Virus record (IMG/VR): IMGVR_UViG_3300020413_000002
Coordinates: 1-36,838 of that record
Reading direction: 5' to 3' (one strand)
Length of the DNA stretch: 36,838 nucleotides
Origin: a virus
Taxonomy: Duplodnaviria; Caudoviricetes
Within the stretch, counting starts at the first letter, position 1. Every line of letters starts with the position of its first letter. A program made the translations under genes and the position numbers. Below the pieces are notes generated by a model. It did not search any database, was not told the origin of the DNA, and worked only from the letters and a program-made list of their open reading frames with translations. Shown one piece after another: positions 35,030 to 36,838 of the stretch.

Positions 35030-35460
35030 TACTAGGACTACCATCAGAAGCAGCAGTAGGTTTAATATCTACTTTAGGTGGCTTTTTAATGAAGCAACAA
35101 GCTCAAAGACAAGCCGATCAAAAACAATTATTTGAATTAACATTACAGAAACAAGAAGCTAATAACGATAGTGCAAATCAAGCTTATCAAAGAAAAGCAC
35201 CTTATTTGCGTAAACTTGTAGGCACAGTAGTTATACTAGTAGCTTTTATAGGTGTTTATGTTGTAGCATTTTTTCCACAAATTCCAGTAACAATTGTTGA
35301 ACCAAATCCAACTAAATCTTTTTTAGGTATATTTGAATATGGAGGAGGTAATACAGTTACTATTGCAAACGGAATGGTTATTGCCGATTGGTTTAAATAT
35401 AGTGTAATAAGTATTATTCATTTTCTATTTGGGACTGGTGCAGCAAAAGTTGCAAAATAA
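35026..35460 (+). CDS. multi-pass membrane protein, holin-like
   Basis: Three hydrophobic segments with a coiled-coil between the first two; AGGAG RBS. Confidence 0.65.
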   Translation: MILGLPSEAAVGLISTLGGFLMKQQAQRQADQKQLFELTLQKQEANNDSANQAYQRKAPYLRKLVGTVVILVAFIGVYVVAFFPQIPVTIVEPNPTKSFLGIFEYGGGNTVTIANGMVIADWFKYSVISIIHFLFGTGAAKVAK

Positions 35461-35462
35461 TC

Positions 35463-35490
35463 TTGATAAATAAATACTATTCTGTATAGT
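35463..35490 (+). promoter_or_regulatory. sigma70-type promoter TTGATA-N16-TATAGT
   Basis: Directly after the preceding stop codon; spacer ends in TCTG. Confidence 0.6.
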
Positions 35491-35606
35491 GCTATTTACA
35501 GTTAGAGAATATACTGATCAGAAAACTAATTCCTTATCTAGGCGCGAGTATCGTCTATAAAATTCTCAAATGCTCATTTTTTTTTATCTTTAACCTTTGG
35601 AGTCTT

Positions 35607-35777
35607 ATGTCTTTATATACAATTATTCATGTCGAAACAAATCAAGAAATAACAATAGAATCAAGTCAGTTTGATAGGAATAAAATATTAGAAAACGTAA
35701 GTAAAAAGTTAGGGACAGAGTTTAACAAAAATAAATATGGGGAGTATAAAATACATCCCCAAGTTATGGCTACTTAA
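35607..35777 (+). CDS. 56-aa microprotein MSLYTIIHVETNQEITIES...HPQVMAT (not in ORF track)
   Basis: GGAG RBS, open frame of 57 codons, upstream promoter. Confidence 0.65.
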   Translation: MSLYTIIHVETNQEITIESSQFDRNKILENVSKKLGTEFNKNKYGEYKIHPQVMAT

Positions 35778-35823
35778 TTATTTTTTTATAAGTAGTTCCT
35801 CTGTAATTAAGAATCACTTCCAT
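35770..35823 (-). CDS. 17-aa DUF4278-like peptide MEVILNYRGTTYKKIIK
   Basis: GGAGGT RBS 7 nt before the ATG; LxYRGxxY motif; directly downstream of the riboswitch. Confidence 0.75.
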   Translation of the reverse strand: MEVILNYRGTTYKKIIK

Positions 35824-35844
35824 GATAAATACCTCCATGTTAGT

Positions 35845-35893
35845 GCGTTCCTTCGCAGACTTTCTGCTACTTCCGAGCAATAGCTTGAACGAT
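35845..35893 (-). ncRNA. glutamine-I riboswitch (glnA RNA motif)
   Basis: AUCGUUCA-AGC-UAUU-GCU-CGGAAGUA-GCAGA-AAG-UCUGC-GAAGGAACGC: P1 CGUUC/GAACG, short P2, E-loop and P3 match the glnA-motif consensus. Confidence 0.88.
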
Positions 35894-35902
35894 CTTATAA
35901 CC

Positions 35903-35932
35903 AATATATAAAAATTAGTTGCATATTGTCAA
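35903..35932 (-). promoter_or_regulatory. promoter for the riboswitch unit, TTGACA-N18-TATATT
   Basis: Perfect -35 at 35932-35927; the predicted start lies a few nt before the aptamer. Confidence 0.65.
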
Positions 35933-36133
35933 TTACATTCCTTCTTCTTCTGCTCTAACAGCAATAGGAGTAATAGGAAGTTTATCAACAATGTCTAGTC
36001 TTTTACCATCAAAAGAAAAACTAGATTTTTGAAATGCTAATTCTACAAGACTTATTGCATCTTCAAGAGTCCAGGCATTTTTATCTTTAACGCCAATTAT
36101 TTCTTCATCAGTTTCTATAGTAATTTTAATCAT
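35933..36133 (-). CDS. hypothetical protein (probable start MIKITIE at 36133)
   Basis: GGAG RBS and ATGA overlap with the upstream peptide. Confidence 0.7.
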   Translation of the reverse strand: MIKITIETDEEIIGVKDKNAWTLEDAISLVELAFQKSSFSFDGKRLDIVDKLPITPIAVRAEEEGM

Positions 36134-36213
36134 GCTGTTGCTCCATCTAATGCAGCTATTATTAATAATAACCACCATATTAAACATAATATTATTATAA
36201 TATTTGGTTTCAT
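36130..36213 (-). CDS. 27-aa transmembrane peptide MKPNIIIILCLIWWLLLIIAALDGATA (not in ORF track)
   Basis: ATGA overlaps at both ends. Confidence 0.55.
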   Translation of the reverse strand: MKPNIIIILCLIWWLLLIIAALDGATA

Positions 36214-36838
36214 AAATCCATCATCCAATTTGTACAATTTATTCCATCAATAATTACAGCACATCCAACAGCTGGCTTTTTGCCTTGTTTAGCATATGAC
36301 ATTGCATAAGTATTAAAGTCAATACCACATCCTACTTGACATCCAAATACTTTATGGCTTCTGCCTATTTGCCAATCTACATAAGCTTGTGTATGTAAAT
36401 GACCTTGTACTGTACTCATCATATCAGTTTTACATTTTATGCGTGCTGTTCCAGCTTCTCCATGTATATATTGAACGTTATCAATATCAACTCTATCAGT
36501 AAAATACCAATTAGGAGTTTCTAAAACTTCTTTATAAGATTTAATCCATCTCCTGGGAACATGAGATGTTTGTGATTTTCTCATAACCATTCTATCATGG
36601 TTACCAATAGTAACATAAGCATCGGGAAACATTTTATACCAACGCTTTAGTCGTTCTATTGCTAAATCTAATTCATCTCTGCCTCCCATTCCATCGGGGT
36701 CACTTTCATGGTAAGATGAATAATGATTGTCTATAACGTCTCCAATAAATACAATTATATTAGGATTAACTTTATTATAAACCATACAACAATGATCGAA
36801 ATATTCATCTAAATCAAAAGGTGTATGTAAATCTCCAA
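36210..36838 (-). CDS. 3' part of the calcineurin-like metallophosphoesterase (joins 300..1)
   Basis: GDLH, GDVID, GNHD, YIHGE and QGHLH motifs. Confidence 0.9.
   Translation of the reverse strand, partial: GDLHTPFDLDEYFDHCCMVYNKVNPNIIVFIGDVIDNHYSSYHESDPDGMGGRDELDLAIERLKRWYKMFPDAYVTIGNHDRMVMRKSQTSHVPRRWIKSYKEVLETPNWYFTDRVDIDNVQYIHGEAGTARIKCKTDMMSTVQGHLHTQAYVDWQIGRSHKVFGCQVGCGIDFNTYAMSYAKQGKKPAVGCAVIIDGINCTNWMMDL
36762..36838. repeat. 77-bp terminal direct repeat (copy 2)
   Basis: Identical to 1-77. Confidence 0.95.

Noticed and set aside
35514-35527. Hammerhead ribozyme core (CTGATCAGAAAAC)
   Set aside because: Lacks CUGAnGA, and there is no stem II between the core strands.
1-36838. CRISPR array, tRNA genes, integrase or transposase
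   Set aside because: No regularly spaced repeats, cloverleafs or recombinase motifs were seen by eye.

Overview
The window is an apparently complete, circularly permuted, AT-rich (about 30% GC by eye) podovirus genome. The first 77 nt repeat exactly at 36762-36838, giving a 36,761-bp circle. Two arms diverge from a control region at about 9140-9495 and converge at about 35.8 kb. The leftward arm carries early and replication genes: DUF2958, adenine and C5-like methyltransferases, a HIRAN-exonuclease fusion, an HTH replication initiator with internal iterons, DnaB, an SSB-like protein, a NinG-like nuclease, a dATP/dGTP diphosphohydrolase-like protein and a metallophosphoesterase split by the contig ends. 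The rightward arm is a BPP-1/HTVC010P-style morphogenesis module: TerS, TerL, portal, scaffold, capsid, tail tube A/B, three ejection proteins, two paralogous tail fibres and holin-like proteins. I found no polymerase, integrase, repressor, ribonucleotide reductase or recognisable endolysin. The most interesting signals are: (1) a glutamine-I (glnA-motif) riboswitch with its own promoter ahead of an unannotated 17-aa YRG peptide; (2) tandem NrdR-like boxes in the early/late control region of a phage without an RNR gene; (3) a 2464-aa ejection protein carrying a methyltransferase, a domain resembling phosphorothioation-associated methyltransferases, and a zincin; (4) a ~240-nt structured RNA; (5) a GC-rich 11-mer found three times at roughly even spacing, plus roughly fourfold CCWGG enrichment. 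All family assignments come from motif recognition and all counts were made by eye; no searches were run.
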